From the NCBI GenBank assembly GCA_031459875.1, contig JAVKHQ010000006.1:36312-100311 (forward strand): a stretch of 64,000 nucleotides of DNA, given 5' to 3'. Positions 47,585-57,734 of the stretch are shown here, in pieces. The translations under genes were made by a program, and so were the position numbers. Origin of the DNA: Candidatus Fervidifonticultor sextus. GTDB taxonomy: Bacteria; Sysuimicrobiota; Sysuimicrobiia; Sysuimicrobiales; Humicultoraceae. The notes beneath the pieces are model-generated. The model did no database searches, was not told the DNA's origin, and saw nothing but the letters and a program-made list of their open reading frames with translations. Position 1 is the stretch's first letter. The number at the start of each line of letters is the position of its first letter.

Positions 47585-47781
47585 CGCCGACACCCCGTCG
47601 CCGGGTTTTTGGAGGCGATGTTCGCGCGCCTCCCGAGGAATCCTTCCTCGCCGGCGGGGAGGCTCCTGCGGACGAACCGCGCGGGCAGGGGAGGTGCTGC
47701 GCGCGGGTACTTCTCGGCACGGGCGGTGGCCACCCACCCTGGCATGCGGGCGGGCGGGTTTGCTACAATGAGGCCGCCCGG

Positions 47782-47856
47782 GCCGGCGTAGCTCAGCGGT
47801 AGAGCAGCGCACTCGTAATGCGCAGGTCACGAGTTCGAATCTCGTCGCCGGCTCCA
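47782..47856 (+). tRNA. tRNA-Thr (CGT)
   Basis: GCCGGCG/CGCCGGC acceptor stem, GCGCA-CT CGT AA-TGCGC, GTTCGAATC, CCA; TGcTACAAT extended -10 at 47761-47769. Confidence 0.97.
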
Positions 47857-47934
47857 GTCACACCCTCAATGAGCAGCACCACCCCCTGTCTCCCGTCGGA
47901 GGCATCGGGCCCGAGGTGAGGCGCCGGGTTCCAC

Positions 47935-50733
47935 CTACACTCCCTGGGCCTCCTCGGCCAGCGCCAAGTCGATCGCCCGGTCTACAGACATGGCCCGGCC
48001 CGCGCCCCAGTGCCCGGTCAACGTATCGCCGAGGGCGTGCGATGTGGCCGTCACCTGCCGGTCATAGAGGTCCCTGACGAATCCCGGCAGCGTCGCGCCG
48101 GTCGACTCGCGACGCGCCTCGGCCGCCCCGAACAGGACGGCCGCGCGCTCGAAGGCTCCCAGCCCGGCGGCGGTACATGCCAGTGCGGCCAGACAGGTCG
48201 CGATCCCCCGCTGGTCCTGGAGGTCTCGCCTCAGCGCCAGACACTCCCGGAAGAGCGGCCCGGCCCGCCGGTACTCGCCCAGGGCGCACGCGACGCTTCC
48301 CAGGGTGAGCTGCGTGTAGGCGATGTACGACTTGTCGCCCAGCTGCCGGAAGTGGGCCAGCGCTTCTTCGAAGTAACGGATCGCCTGCTGGTAGTGCCCC
48401 CGGTCCCTCGCCAGCAGTCCCAGATTGTTGAGGACGACCGCGAGGCCCCATTGGTGTCCGAGGGCGCGCATCTGGGCCAGGCTCTGCTCGAACAGCGTGC
48501 CGGCCCGCTCGTACTCGCTCTCGGCGCGCGCCACCTGGGCCAGGATGAACTGCGCCCAGGTGGCGCCCCAGTTGTCCCCCGCTTCCCGCGCCAGCGTCAG
48601 GCTCTCTCCGCCCAGGACCTCGGCCCGCTTGTAGTCCTCCAGGCGGCAGGCCTGAATGCCCATGATGACCAGGCAGGAGGCCTCCGCGCGCTTGTCTCCG
48701 AGTTGTTTGGACAGGGCGAGGCTTTCTTCGGCCAGGGCCGCGGCCTGCGATAACTCGCCCTGCCGCAAGGCCAGACCGCCGGCTGCGTTGAGCGCTTTGA
48801 CCCGGGCGGCGGGGGAGGCGTCGCGACTCCGCTCCAGGAGGTCGGTCAGCCACCGGCGGGCCTCAGCCCAGTACCCGCGCACCTCCCAGAACCACCACAA
48901 CGCGCCCGCCAGCCGCAGCCCCGCTTCGGCCCCTTCCGTTTCGGTGCGGGACCACTCGAGCGCGGCCCGGAAGTTGTCGTGCTCGGTTTCCAGGCGATCC
49001 AGCCACGCCCGCTGTTCCGGCCCATGGAGATCCAGTTCGGCCCGCTCGGCGAGCGCCAGGTAGAAGGTTCGGTGCCGGCCCCGCAGGATCGCGGCCTCGC
49101 CGGCCTCGACCAGCCGATCCAGCCCATACTGCCGGACCGTTTCCAACATGCGGAAGCGTGCCGGCCGGCCTTCCGCTTCCTCGATGGTGACCAGCGACTT
49201 GTCCACCAGACGGCTGAGCAGATCCAGGACGTCCGCCTGGTCAATGCCCCCGCCTGCGCAGGCATCCTCGGCGGCTTCCAGGGTGAACCCGCCCATGAAG
49301 ACCGAGAACCGACGAAACAGGAGGCGTTCCGCTTCGGGCAGCAGGTCGTAACTCCAGTCCATAGTCGCCTGCAGCGTCTTGTGATGCGGCAGGCCCGTCC
49401 GGGCGCCGCCGGTCAGCAGGCGGAACCGGTCGTTCAGGCGTTCGGCGATCTGCTCGACGGAGAGGACCTTCACGCGGGCGGCGGCCAGTTCGATGGCCAG
49501 CGGAATGCCATCCAGCCGCCGGCAGATCTCGGCGATGGCCCGGATGTTCTCCGGCGTGGCGTTGAATGCGAGGTGATGCAAGCCAGCTCTCTCCACGAAG
49601 AGTCGGATGCCGGCATACTGAGTCGTGGTCTCGAATGAGGGCAAATGCTGCGGATCGGGTAAGGTGAGCGGAGGGACCCGGTAACTTGCCTCCCCCATCA
49701 CGCCCAGCACCTCCCGGCTGGTGGCCAGGATCCGCAGTCGGGGACAGTGACCCAGCAGGAGCGCGCAGAGGTCTGCCGATGCGGCCAGCACGTGCTCGCA
49801 GTTGTCGAGCACGAGCAGCACCGACCGGCCGCGGAGGAAGTCCAGCAGGGCTTCGGTGGGAGTCCGGGCCGGCTCCCGGATACCCAGCGCGCCGGCGACC
49901 GTCTGCGGGACCAGGGCGGCATCGCTGATCGGAGCCAGTTCCGCAAGCCAGACTCCGTCGGCAAACGCGTCCACGCACTCGGCGGCCACCTGGAGCGCCA
50001 GCCGCGTCTTCCCCGCCCCGCCGGCCCCCAGCAGGGTCACCAGCGGCGCCGTGGCCAGCAACCGCCTCACCTGCGCCATCTCCTGCTCGCGGCCGACGAA
50101 ACTGGTCACCTGGACGGGCAGGTTGTTGGGAAGGACGTCCAGGGAACCGAGCGCCGGAAAGTCCGAGGCCAGGTTCGGGTGGAGGACCTGGAAGATGCGC
50201 TCGGGGCGCTGGAGGTCCTTCAGGCGGTGCGGTCCCAGATCGCGAAGCGAGACCCGGTCGGGCAGATCATGATCAACCAGCCCGCGTGTCGCTTCCGAGA
50301 GCAGGACCTGCCCGCCGTGACCCGCGGACGCGATCCGCGCGGCGCGGTGCACGTCGAGGCCGACATAGTCACCGGACGAGAGGATCCCCTCACCGGTGTG
50401 GAGTCCCATGCGGACCTTGACGGCGGCCCCTGGTGGCCACGTGTGAGCGGCGACGGCACGCTGCCCCTCCACGGCTGCGGCCACGGCATCCTTCGCCCGG
50501 GTGAACACGACGAAGAAGGCATCGCCATGGGTGCTGACCTCCGCTCCGCCGGCGCCTGTGAACGCAGCACGGAGCAGTTGGCGTTGCTCTTCCAGCACCT
50601 GGGGGTAGCGGTCCCCGAGTGCCTGCAGGAGGCGGGTGGAGCCCTCGATATCGGTAAACAGGAACGTAACCGTTCCGGTCGGCAGGCTGGACGTCTGATC
50701 CCACCTCACGTTCGCTGGTGATGCGTAACACAC
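47935..50733 (-). CDS. Class III adenylate/guanylate cyclase - STAND NTPase - TPR protein
   Basis: FLFTDIEGST, GDAFF, RMGLHTGE, GLDVHRAARI; GAGGAGKT, LVLDNCEH, GIPLAIELAA; TPR tail; start uncertain. Confidence 0.92.
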   Translation of the reverse strand: MCYASPANVRWDQTSSLPTGTVTFLFTDIEGSTRLLQALGDRYPQVLEEQRQLLRAAFTGAGGAEVSTHGDAFFVVFTRAKDAVAAAVEGQRAVAAHTWPPGAAVKVRMGLHTGEGILSSGDYVGLDVHRAARIASAGHGGQVLLSEATRGLVDHDLPDRVSLRDLGPHRLKDLQRPERIFQVLHPNLASDFPALGSLDVLPNNLPVQVTSFVGREQEMAQVRRLLATAPLVTLLGAGGAGKTRLALQVAAECVDAFADGVWLAELAPISDAALVPQTVAGALGIREPARTPTEALLDFLRGRSVLLVLDNCEHVLAASADLCALLLGHCPRLRILATSREVLGVMGEASYRVPPLTLPDPQHLPSFETTTQYAGIRLFVERAGLHHLAFNATPENIRAIAEICRRLDGIPLAIELAAARVKVLSVEQIAERLNDRFRLLTGGARTGLPHHKTLQATMDWSYDLLPEAERLLFRRFSVFMGGFTLEAAEDACAGGGIDQADVLDLLSRLVDKSLVTIEEAEGRPARFRMLETVRQYGLDRLVEAGEAAILRGRHRTFYLALAERAELDLHGPEQRAWLDRLETEHDNFRAALEWSRTETEGAEAGLRLAGALWWFWEVRGYWAEARRWLTDLLERSRDASPAARVKALNAAGGLALRQGELSQAAALAEESLALSKQLGDKRAEASCLVIMGIQACRLEDYKRAEVLGGESLTLAREAGDNWGATWAQFILAQVARAESEYERAGTLFEQSLAQMRALGHQWGLAVVLNNLGLLARDRGHYQQAIRYFEEALAHFRQLGDKSYIAYTQLTLGSVACALGEYRRAGPLFRECLALRRDLQDQRGIATCLAALACTAAGLGAFERAAVLFGAAEARRESTGATLPGFVRDLYDRQVTATSHALGDTLTGHWGAGRAMSVDRAIDLALAEEAQGV

Positions 50734-50835
50734 CGATTTCGGGGTCGCCCCGCCTGGGTTCCTGCACTGCGCCGGCCGGTGGGGGAATTTCTGGGTCGCG
50801 GCCAGCGTGTTTTAGAAGACGATGGGGGTAACAGC

Positions 50836-51801
50836 ATGAGCCCTCGGATCCTCGGGATTCACCATGTGACCGCCATTGCCGGCGCTCCGCAGCGGAACGT
50901 GGACTTCTACGTCGGCACCCTCGGGCTGCGCCTGGTCAAGCGGACCGTCAACTTCGACGACCCCGGTACCTACCACCTGTACTACGGCGATCAGGTCGGC
51001 CGTCCCGGGACCATCATGACCTTCTTCCCGTGGCCAGGCGCGCCGCGCGGTCGCATCGGCGTGGGTCAGGTGACGGTGACCGCGTTCTTCATCCCGGCAC
51101 GCGCTGTGGGCTTCTGGCAGGAGCGGCTGCGGCGGCATGGCATCGCCACCCGGGGCCCCACGGCGCGGTTCGACGAGACGGTCCTGGCGTTCGAGGACCC
51201 CGACGGCCTGCCGCTGGAACTGGTCGCCTCAGACGACGACGCCCGCGCCGGCTGGCCCGACGGCCCGATCCCCGAGGCCTATGCCATCCGCGGTTTCCAC
51301 AGCGTGACCCTGTCGGAGCGGGGGCTGGACGAGGGCGGCCGCCGCACCCTGGGGCTGCTCGACGAGGGTCTGGGCTTCCGCCTGGTCGGCGAGGCCAGCG
51401 GCCGCTTTCGCTTCGCCGCCGGAGAGGGCGGTGCCGGGGCGCTCGTCGACGTCCTGTGCCTTGACGGCGCCCCCGCGGGGGAGACGGCCGTCGGAACGGT
51501 CCACCACGTCGCTTGGCGCACGCCCGATGAGGCCCACCAGCGGGCCTGGCAGGAGCGCATCGCGCACCTGGGCCTCCGCGTCACCGATGTGCGCGACCGC
51601 CGGTACTTCCGGTCCATCTACTTCCGGGAGCCGGGCGGCGTGCTCTTCGAGATCGCCACCGACCCGCCGGGCTTCACCGTGGACGAGCCGCCGGCACACC
51701 TGGGTAAGCACCTGATGCTCCCACCCTGGCTGGAACCCAGGCGGGCGCAGTTGGAGCGTGCGCTGCCGCCCCTCTCGATCCCGGAGGTCAGGACGTCCTG
51801 A
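50836..51801 (+). CDS. Ring-cleaving dioxygenase / VOC (MhqO/MhqA-like)
   Basis: GIHHVTAI, VKRTVNFDDPGTYHLYY, VHHVAWR, DRRYFRSIYFREPGGVLFEIATD. Confidence 0.93.
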   Translation: MSPRILGIHHVTAIAGAPQRNVDFYVGTLGLRLVKRTVNFDDPGTYHLYYGDQVGRPGTIMTFFPWPGAPRGRIGVGQVTVTAFFIPARAVGFWQERLRRHGIATRGPTARFDETVLAFEDPDGLPLELVASDDDARAGWPDGPIPEAYAIRGFHSVTLSERGLDEGGRRTLGLLDEGLGFRLVGEASGRFRFAAGEGGAGALVDVLCLDGAPAGETAVGTVHHVAWRTPDEAHQRAWQERIAHLGLRVTDVRDRRYFRSIYFREPGGVLFEIATDPPGFTVDEPPAHLGKHLMLPPWLEPRRAQLERALPPLSIPEVRTS

Positions 51802-51870
51802 GTGCCCGCACCGTGGGGGCTTCGGGCGACTTCACAGCCCAGACGGCGACCTCCCGGATTCGTGGTATGC

Positions 51871-52824
51871 TTACCGCGCAGGTTTGGTGTCCCGACCCTC
51901 CAGGGCGCGCAGGACATCCTGCCGGGTCACCCATGGGATGTCTCCCCGGTAGGCTTGTGCCAGCGACGCTAGGGCCACGCCATACCGCAGGCCGGCGACC
52001 AGGTCCGCCTCGAGGGCTGCCCAGAGCAGACCTGCGGCAAAGGCGTCGCCACGCCCGATGGGGTCTACCTCAGCCCCGGGCACGGCTGGCTCATGGTGGA
52101 CAGTCTGTCCGTCGGCCAGGTACGCGCCGCCAGCGCCTGCGGTAATGACAGCCGCTGCGGCGTGCGTGTGGTCACGGAGGCGAGCTGCGAGATCGGGTGG
52201 CGTGCCGGCAAGGCCGAAGACCTCGCGGGCGTCTTCCTGCGTGGCGATGACGAGCTCGACGCCGTCAAGCAACGGTTCCAGGACCGCTCGTGCCTGCTGG
52301 GCCGTCCACAGCTTCCGCCGATAGTTGACATCGAAGGAGACCTCCGCCCCACAGGCCCTGGCTTCATCGAGGAGGCGGGCCGTCGTGCGGGCACACGAAG
52401 CGCTCAGGGCCGGCGTGATCCCGGTCACGTGGACCCGCCGGGCGGATCGAACGTAGGCCCAGTCGACCTCCTCAGGGGTCATGGTGCTGCAGGCCGACCC
52501 TGTGCGGTCGTAGTGCACCGCGACGCCCCGCGGCGGCGGGACGTGCTCGATGAAGTACAGGCCCGTCCGGCCCTGCGAGGTCCACACCATCGCCGAGACG
52601 TCCACGCCGTGGCGGCGCAGCTCTCCGACAATTCGACGGCCAAGCGGATCGTCCACCAGTTTGGAGATCCAACCGCTGCGGAATCCCAGCCTGGCGAGGG
52701 TCACGGCGACATTCGCCTCCGCGCCCGCTACCCGCGCCTCGAGGTGCGGAGCCGATTCGAGTGCCTCACCGTACGGAGCCGCCAGCCGGATCATCGCCTC
52801 ACCGAGAGTCACCACATCCAGCAC
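51871..52824 (-). CDS. PfkB-family sugar kinase (KdgK-like)
   Basis: LGEAMIRL, AGAEANVA, FDVNYRRKLW, VDPIGRGDAFAAG. Confidence 0.92.
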   Translation of the reverse strand: MLDVVTLGEAMIRLAAPYGEALESAPHLEARVAGAEANVAVTLARLGFRSGWISKLVDDPLGRRIVGELRRHGVDVSAMVWTSQGRTGLYFIEHVPPPRGVAVHYDRTGSACSTMTPEEVDWAYVRSARRVHVTGITPALSASCARTTARLLDEARACGAEVSFDVNYRRKLWTAQQARAVLEPLLDGVELVIATQEDAREVFGLAGTPPDLAARLRDHTHAAAAVITAGAGGAYLADGQTVHHEPAVPGAEVDPIGRGDAFAAGLLWAALEADLVAGLRYGVALASLAQAYRGDIPWVTRQDVLRALEGRDTKPAR

Positions 52825-52825
52825 G

Positions 52826-53734
52826 TCACGTCTCCGAAGTCAGCACGGACCGCAACGCCTCCAGGTACCGCTGGAGGTCGGCTAGATCCCACTCGTCGAG
52901 CGGCACGGCCTGCGGGTCGCGCCAGACCTTCGCGCGGATCACGCCTCGCCGCCACAGCAGCTCCTTGGCGAACGCGACTCCATACTGGCTGCCCAGGACC
53001 AGGAGCGGCAGCAAGCGCTGCTGCAGCGCCTCCGCTTCCTTGCGCCTACCGGCACCATAGAGCGCGTAGATCTGCACCTGGACATCCGCAGTGCCGCAGG
53101 CCGGCATGTTGCCGCAGGCGCCGCGGTCAAGTTCACTCAGTAGCCACAGGCCGTTCTGGCCCCCGAAGACGCCGTGCATGCGGTCTCCTGCCGCGCGGAT
53201 GAGGGCGGACATCCGATGCCCCGAGGGATTGACCTCCTCCTTGACATAGCACACTCCAGGAGCGCGCTCCATCAACCTGACCAGCGCGCTGGTCGAAAGC
53301 GGCGTGCCCAGAGGGGGCTCGGCGTTCTGGACGATGACCGGACGCCCCTCGGCGGCTTCAGCCACGGCTTCATAATAGGCGAGCACGCCGGCCTCATCAG
53401 GACGGCGCACATACGGCGGCAACACCATGATCCCGTCGGCGCCGTGGGTCACGGCGTGCCGCACGAACCCCACCGCCGCCTGGGTGGAAACTCCGTTGCA
53501 ACTGATGATGACGGGAATCCGACCCCGCGCTTCTGCCAGGACCACCTCCGTCACGTGGAGCCGCTCCGCGTCCGACAGCGTGAAGAACTCGCTGGCATTG
53601 GCCGGGATCACGAGGCCATGGGCGCCAATCTTGAGGCAAAAAGTTACCTCGCGGCGCAGGCTCTCGGTATCGACGGCGCCGGACTCGTCGAACGGTGTTT
53701 GGAGGATTGGGAAGATCCCCGCGAAGCGGTTCAT
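52826..53734 (-). CDS. DapA/NanA-family aldolase/dehydratase
   Basis: PILQTPF, ANASEF, MVLPPY, YVKEE Schiff-base Lys. Confidence 0.9.
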   Translation of the reverse strand: MNRFAGIFPILQTPFDESGAVDTESLRREVTFCLKIGAHGLVIPANASEFFTLSDAERLHVTEVVLAEARGRIPVIISCNGVSTQAAVGFVRHAVTHGADGIMVLPPYVRRPDEAGVLAYYEAVAEAAEGRPVIVQNAEPPLGTPLSTSALVRLMERAPGVCYVKEEVNPSGHRMSALIRAAGDRMHGVFGGQNGLWLLSELDRGACGNMPACGTADVQVQIYALYGAGRRKEAEALQQRLLPLLVLGSQYGVAFAKELLWRRGVIRAKVWRDPQAVPLDEWDLADLQRYLEALRSVLTSET

Positions 53735-53759
53735 GGATGCCTCCTCTCCCGCACCCGCG

Positions 53760-54950
53760 TCAGCCCGCGTAGCGCAGTAACGCGTCTTCGATGAGGTCTA
53801 CGCCCAGGCCCGGGCCGTCCGGCATGGCGAGCATTCCGCCCTCCAGGCGCAGCGGCGTGCGAAGCACCGGGTTGCCGATCGGATTGTCCGCGACCCAGTA
53901 TTCCATGATCATGAAGTTCGGGACCGCGGCTGCCAGCTGCGCGCTGGCTGCGAACTGGATCGCCGACCCGATGCTGACGTGCGGCGCGAGGGCGGCTCCG
54001 AACGTATCGGCGAGATAGGCAATTCGGCGGCACTCGGTAAGCCCGCCGGATCGGCAGACGTCAGGTTGGACGACGTCCAGCGCGCCGCGCACCAGGAAGT
54101 CGCGCACCTGATAGCGGGTGCTCAACAGGTCGGTCGCGATCGGCAGCTCGAGAGAGGCGGCGAGGCGGGCGTGGTCTTCCACCTGCTCAGGCGGCACGGG
54201 AGCCTCGAGCCAGCCGACATGCAGTTCCTGCAGGATTCGGCCGAGCCGGCCCGCCTGCGCGAGGTCATAGTTGCCCGCCGCATCGCACAGCAGCAGGACG
54301 TCCTCCCCCACTGCGTCCCGGACCGTACGCACGGTTTCCGCGTCGGCTGGGACGCCGAAACCGATGGCCAGCTTGATGGCGCGGAACCCCCGTCCGACCA
54401 GATCCCGGGCGTCCTGCTGGAGGCGGTCATGTCCCGCGGCGTCGTGGGCGTCCCTGAGGCCGACTAGGCCGGATGCGTAGACGCGGACGCGATCGCGGAA
54501 TCGACCGCCCAGCAGCCGATGGACCGGTACGCCCAGGGCTTTCCCCGCCAGGTCCCACAGCGCCAGATCCACGCCGCTGATGGCCTCGAGCAGGAAGCCG
54601 CTCTGGTGGGCCCGCAGCCGCATGGTGCTGTACATGCGCTCCCACAGCACGTCGAGATCCAGGGGATCGGCACCCACCACGACCGAAGCCAGCAGCTCCC
54701 GCACGATCGAGCAGGTCGCCTCCGGGACGACGGGTGCTTTGGCCTCTCCATACCCGACGAGGCCATCGTCGGTGGTGATGCGCACGATGACGGTGTTGAG
54801 CGTGGGACTGTACGTCGCCCGCATGCGCCAGCGTGGGGGGTAGCGCTCCTCTAACGGCTGCTCTGAGGCCCATGCCGCCGACCCCCAGTACGTCCGCGCG
54901 GCCGGGCCGGGCACGCGTAGCGCGAAGGCCTCGACCGAGACGATCTTCAC
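53760..54950 (-). CDS. Mandelate racemase/MLE-family enolase (acid-sugar dehydratase-like) 1
   Basis: GYGEA, AISGVDLALWDLAGK, DAAG, WLEAP, QPDV, APH; GTG 54950. Confidence 0.92.
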   Translation of the reverse strand: MKIVSVEAFALRVPGPAARTYWGSAAWASEQPLEERYPPRWRMRATYSPTLNTVIVRITTDDGLVGYGEAKAPVVPEATCSIVRELLASVVVGADPLDLDVLWERMYSTMRLRAHQSGFLLEAISGVDLALWDLAGKALGVPVHRLLGGRFRDRVRVYASGLVGLRDAHDAAGHDRLQQDARDLVGRGFRAIKLAIGFGVPADAETVRTVRDAVGEDVLLLCDAAGNYDLAQAGRLGRILQELHVGWLEAPVPPEQVEDHARLAASLELPIATDLLSTRYQVRDFLVRGALDVVQPDVCRSGGLTECRRIAYLADTFGAALAPHVSIGSAIQFAASAQLAAAVPNFMIMEYWVADNPIGNPVLRTPLRLEGGMLAMPDGPGLGVDLIEDALLRYAG

Positions 54951-55984
54951 AGGAGTCCCTCCCACACCCGGTCGGGTGACAGGCGGTCGGCCAGGGCCAG
55001 CAGCAGGGGACCCTGACCCCATGGGAAGATGCCGGTTGGTCTGGTCGCGTACGTGGGCACGTCGCCCGCCGGTGTTGCCTCCGAGACGCCGGTCAGGTTT
55101 CCCTCAGCGTCGGTGGCCGCCATCGTGGCCTCGAACGCCCGCAGCGCCGCCACCAGGGCGGACTCAGGCACCAGGCCGAGCCGGACCGCCTGCCGGATCG
55201 CCCACGCCATCATGGCCGCCACCGAGTGTTCCAGGTAGGTGTCGGGCCGGTCGAGGATCGTGTGCCAGTGACCGCCGACATGCTGCAGGGCCACCAGCGC
55301 GTCCACCTGCCGGCGCACGACGGCGACCAGCCGGCCCCGTGCGGGATGGTCAGGCCGCAGGAACCGCAGCAGATCCACAAGCCCGAGCAGCGCCCACCCG
55401 TTGCCCCGGCCCCATCGGATCGCGTTGGGGCGCCCTGCCCACGCATCATAGCTGTGGAAGAAGAGGCCGCTCGCCTCATCCCACAAGACGCCGATGTAGG
55501 CCAGGGTCTGCTCGCAGGCCAGATCCTCCCACGATCGCTCGCCGGTCATGCGGGCCAGCAATGCGAGGAACGCCCCGTCGGTATAGAGGCAGTCCACCCA
55601 GACGTGCGACGCCCACGCCCCCAGGTCGGGCCGGTGAACTGGCACCCCCCGCTGCGTCGGGAACTCGCGATACAGCCCGGCAAGCGCGGATGCCGCCTCC
55701 ATCCACCGCGGCTCGTCCCGCGCCAGGAGCAACAGCGGCACGCCCGGCGTCACGTGGTCCTCGAAGGCCGGCCGCCCGCCGCGCGCTTCCCACCACCGTG
55801 CGTACCATGCCTCCACGACAGCCCGATACCCGCCGTCGACCCGACCTTCGCCCCCGACCCGTTCGGCGGCGAGAAGCCCGAGCACCGCGATGGCTTCGCC
55901 GAAGCCCCAGCACCTGTAGCGAAGGGAGGCGGTCCGTGCGGCCGCGCGTCGCAGCGTTTCCTGGAGAGAACTGGTGGCGTGCAC
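54947..55984 (-). CDS. GH105/GH88-like unsaturated glycuronyl hydrolase
   Basis: WVDCLY, GLFFH, WGRGNGW, WHTILD..YLEHS, PWGQG. Confidence 0.85.
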   Translation of the reverse strand: MHATSSLQETLRRAAARTASLRYRCWGFGEAIAVLGLLAAERVGGEGRVDGGYRAVVEAWYARWWEARGGRPAFEDHVTPGVPLLLLARDEPRWMEAASALAGLYREFPTQRGVPVHRPDLGAWASHVWVDCLYTDGAFLALLARMTGERSWEDLACEQTLAYIGVLWDEASGLFFHSYDAWAGRPNAIRWGRGNGWALLGLVDLLRFLRPDHPARGRLVAVVRRQVDALVALQHVGGHWHTILDRPDTYLEHSVAAMMAWAIRQAVRLGLVPESALVAALRAFEATMAATDAEGNLTGVSEATPAGDVPTYATRPTGIFPWGQGPLLLALADRLSPDRVWEGLL

Positions 55985-56111
55985 TGATCAGGGTTCTACG
56001 GTCAATTGCATCCCGGCGCGTCTGTAGCCGCGGCCGGGACCCTGGCGACGTCCATCAGCACGCTCAGGTCGGCCAGGGCGCGAGCGTCAAAGCAGCCCAC
56101 CACGACGGCCT

Positions 56112-57536
56112 TCATCTGGCGGCGACCCTCTCGGGCGGGCACATGGTGTGCCAGGCGGTCGCCTGCTCGTAGGCGTGCGCGAGGCGGAGCAGGGTGGCTT
56201 CGTCGTAGTGCCGGCCTACCAGCTGCAGGCCCACGGGAAGGCCCACCGCGCTCATCCCGCAGGGGACCGAGAGCGCCGGATGTCCGGTGAGGTTGAACGG
56301 CGAGGTGAAGCTGGCGCCGATGCCCCGCCGGTGGACATCGGGTCTCCGGGCCGCCTCCGCTGTGACCACGGGCGATGTGGGCATCGCCAGGACGTCCACG
56401 TGCTGCAGGACTTCGTCGATGGCGAGGCGGGCCAGACGGCCCACCTCTCGCGCCCGCAGGTAGTCCGCCGCCGTGAGGAAGGCACCCTGCGCCAGGTACA
56501 GACGGGCGCTGCGGCCATAGCGGGCCCACTGCAGCCGCAACACCGCCTCATGGGCTGCGTAGTGCTCCGCGTTGAGCACCACAAAGTTGGCGGCCCGCGC
56601 GTACACCAGGGCAGGGATCTCAACGGCCGTCACCGTCACCCCAAGGCGGGCGAGTTCATCCAGCGCTAGATCGAACGCGGCGCTGACTTCGGTCTCGACG
56701 GAGACGGCATCGAGATACGACCGGGGAATGCCCACGCGCATGCCCCTGACGCCGCCGTCCAGCGATCCGAGGTAGTCCGCGTGGGCGCGCGGTCTGGCAT
56801 CGGGGTCGTCGCGGTCGTATGCCGCCAGGACCTGGAGCAGGGCTGCGGCGTCCGCCACCGTGCGGGCCAGCGGGCCGACGTCGCCGATGGATCCCGCGTG
56901 CAGGACACCGACCCGGCTGACCAGCCCATGGGTGGCCTTGAACCCCACGAGCCCCATCTGCCCGGCGGGCAACCGGACCGATCCTCCGCCGTCCGTGCCC
57001 AGCGCCGCGGTCGTCATGCCGGCCGACACGGCCACGGCCGAGCCGCTGCTCGACCCCACGGCCGCATACTCTGGATTCCACGGGTTACGCGGCGGAGGGC
57101 AGAGGTCATCCGGGGTCGGGATGCTCCACCCAAACTCGTTGAGGTTGGTCTTCCCGATGATAACAGCGCCGGCGGACCGGAGCCGCTCGATGACGGCGGC
57201 GTCCCGGTGTGGCACCCAGTCCTCCAGCACCCTGGAGTTGCCGGTGGTCCGCATGCCCGCCGTGGCGATGCTGTCTTTCACCGCAATCGGAATGCCGATC
57301 AGGAGCCCGGGGTCGCCGCGGGCAAGCCGGCGATCGGCCTTTGCGGCATCCTCCAGCGCCCGGTCGGCCGCCACGGTGATGAAGGCGTGGAGGGATCTGT
57401 CGAGGCGATCGATGCGATCGAGAAACAGGCGTGTCAGCTCTGTCGGCGAGAGCTCCCCACGACGGTAGTGCGCCGCTACCTCCGTGAGGGGACGGAAACA
57501 GACCCCCCCCGCCGTCGTCATGAGCGCGCACCCCAT
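56112..57536 (-). CDS. Amidase signature family enzyme
   Basis: GIPIAVKD, GKTNLNEF, GSSSGSA, GTDGGGSVRLPA, NLTGHPALSVP. Confidence 0.93.
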   Translation of the reverse strand: MGCALMTTAGGVCFRPLTEVAAHYRRGELSPTELTRLFLDRIDRLDRSLHAFITVAADRALEDAAKADRRLARGDPGLLIGIPIAVKDSIATAGMRTTGNSRVLEDWVPHRDAAVIERLRSAGAVIIGKTNLNEFGWSIPTPDDLCPPPRNPWNPEYAAVGSSSGSAVAVSAGMTTAALGTDGGGSVRLPAGQMGLVGFKATHGLVSRVGVLHAGSIGDVGPLARTVADAAALLQVLAAYDRDDPDARPRAHADYLGSLDGGVRGMRVGIPRSYLDAVSVETEVSAAFDLALDELARLGVTVTAVEIPALVYARAANFVVLNAEHYAAHEAVLRLQWARYGRSARLYLAQGAFLTAADYLRAREVGRLARLAIDEVLQHVDVLAMPTSPVVTAEAARRPDVHRRGIGASFTSPFNLTGHPALSVPCGMSAVGLPVGLQLVGRHYDEATLLRLAHAYEQATAWHTMCPPERVAAR

Positions 57537-57721
57537 TCAGCGGACCCCCGCAGGGGGTCGGCGCCCGGCGTCTCCTGGAGAAATCGCAGCAGGCTGTCGG
57601 CCTGGTCGTGCAGGTCGGTGACCATAGTCCAGACGGCGTTGACCTCCTCGTCGGTCAGCGGGAGTTGCAGGGCCCGGACCGCATCGTGGAATGTATCCCG
57701 GGACGAAAACCGTGTGCCCAT
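57518..57721 (-). CDS. Small GatC/AtzG-like partner protein upstream of the amidase
   Basis: 67 aa after a GAGGTGAGG SD; RALQLPLTDEEVNAV..LHDQADSLL helical pattern; overlaps the amidase start. Confidence 0.55.
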   Translation of the reverse strand: MGTRFSSRDTFHDAVRALQLPLTDEEVNAVWTMVTDLHDQADSLLRFLQETPGADPLRGSAEWGARS

Positions 57722-57734
57722 CGGCGGCCTCACC

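Noticed and set aside
56112..57721. gatCA of the tRNA amidotransferase
   Set aside because: No gatB, motifs diverge from GatA (GTDGGGSVRLPA), and it is embedded in a sugar catabolic operon
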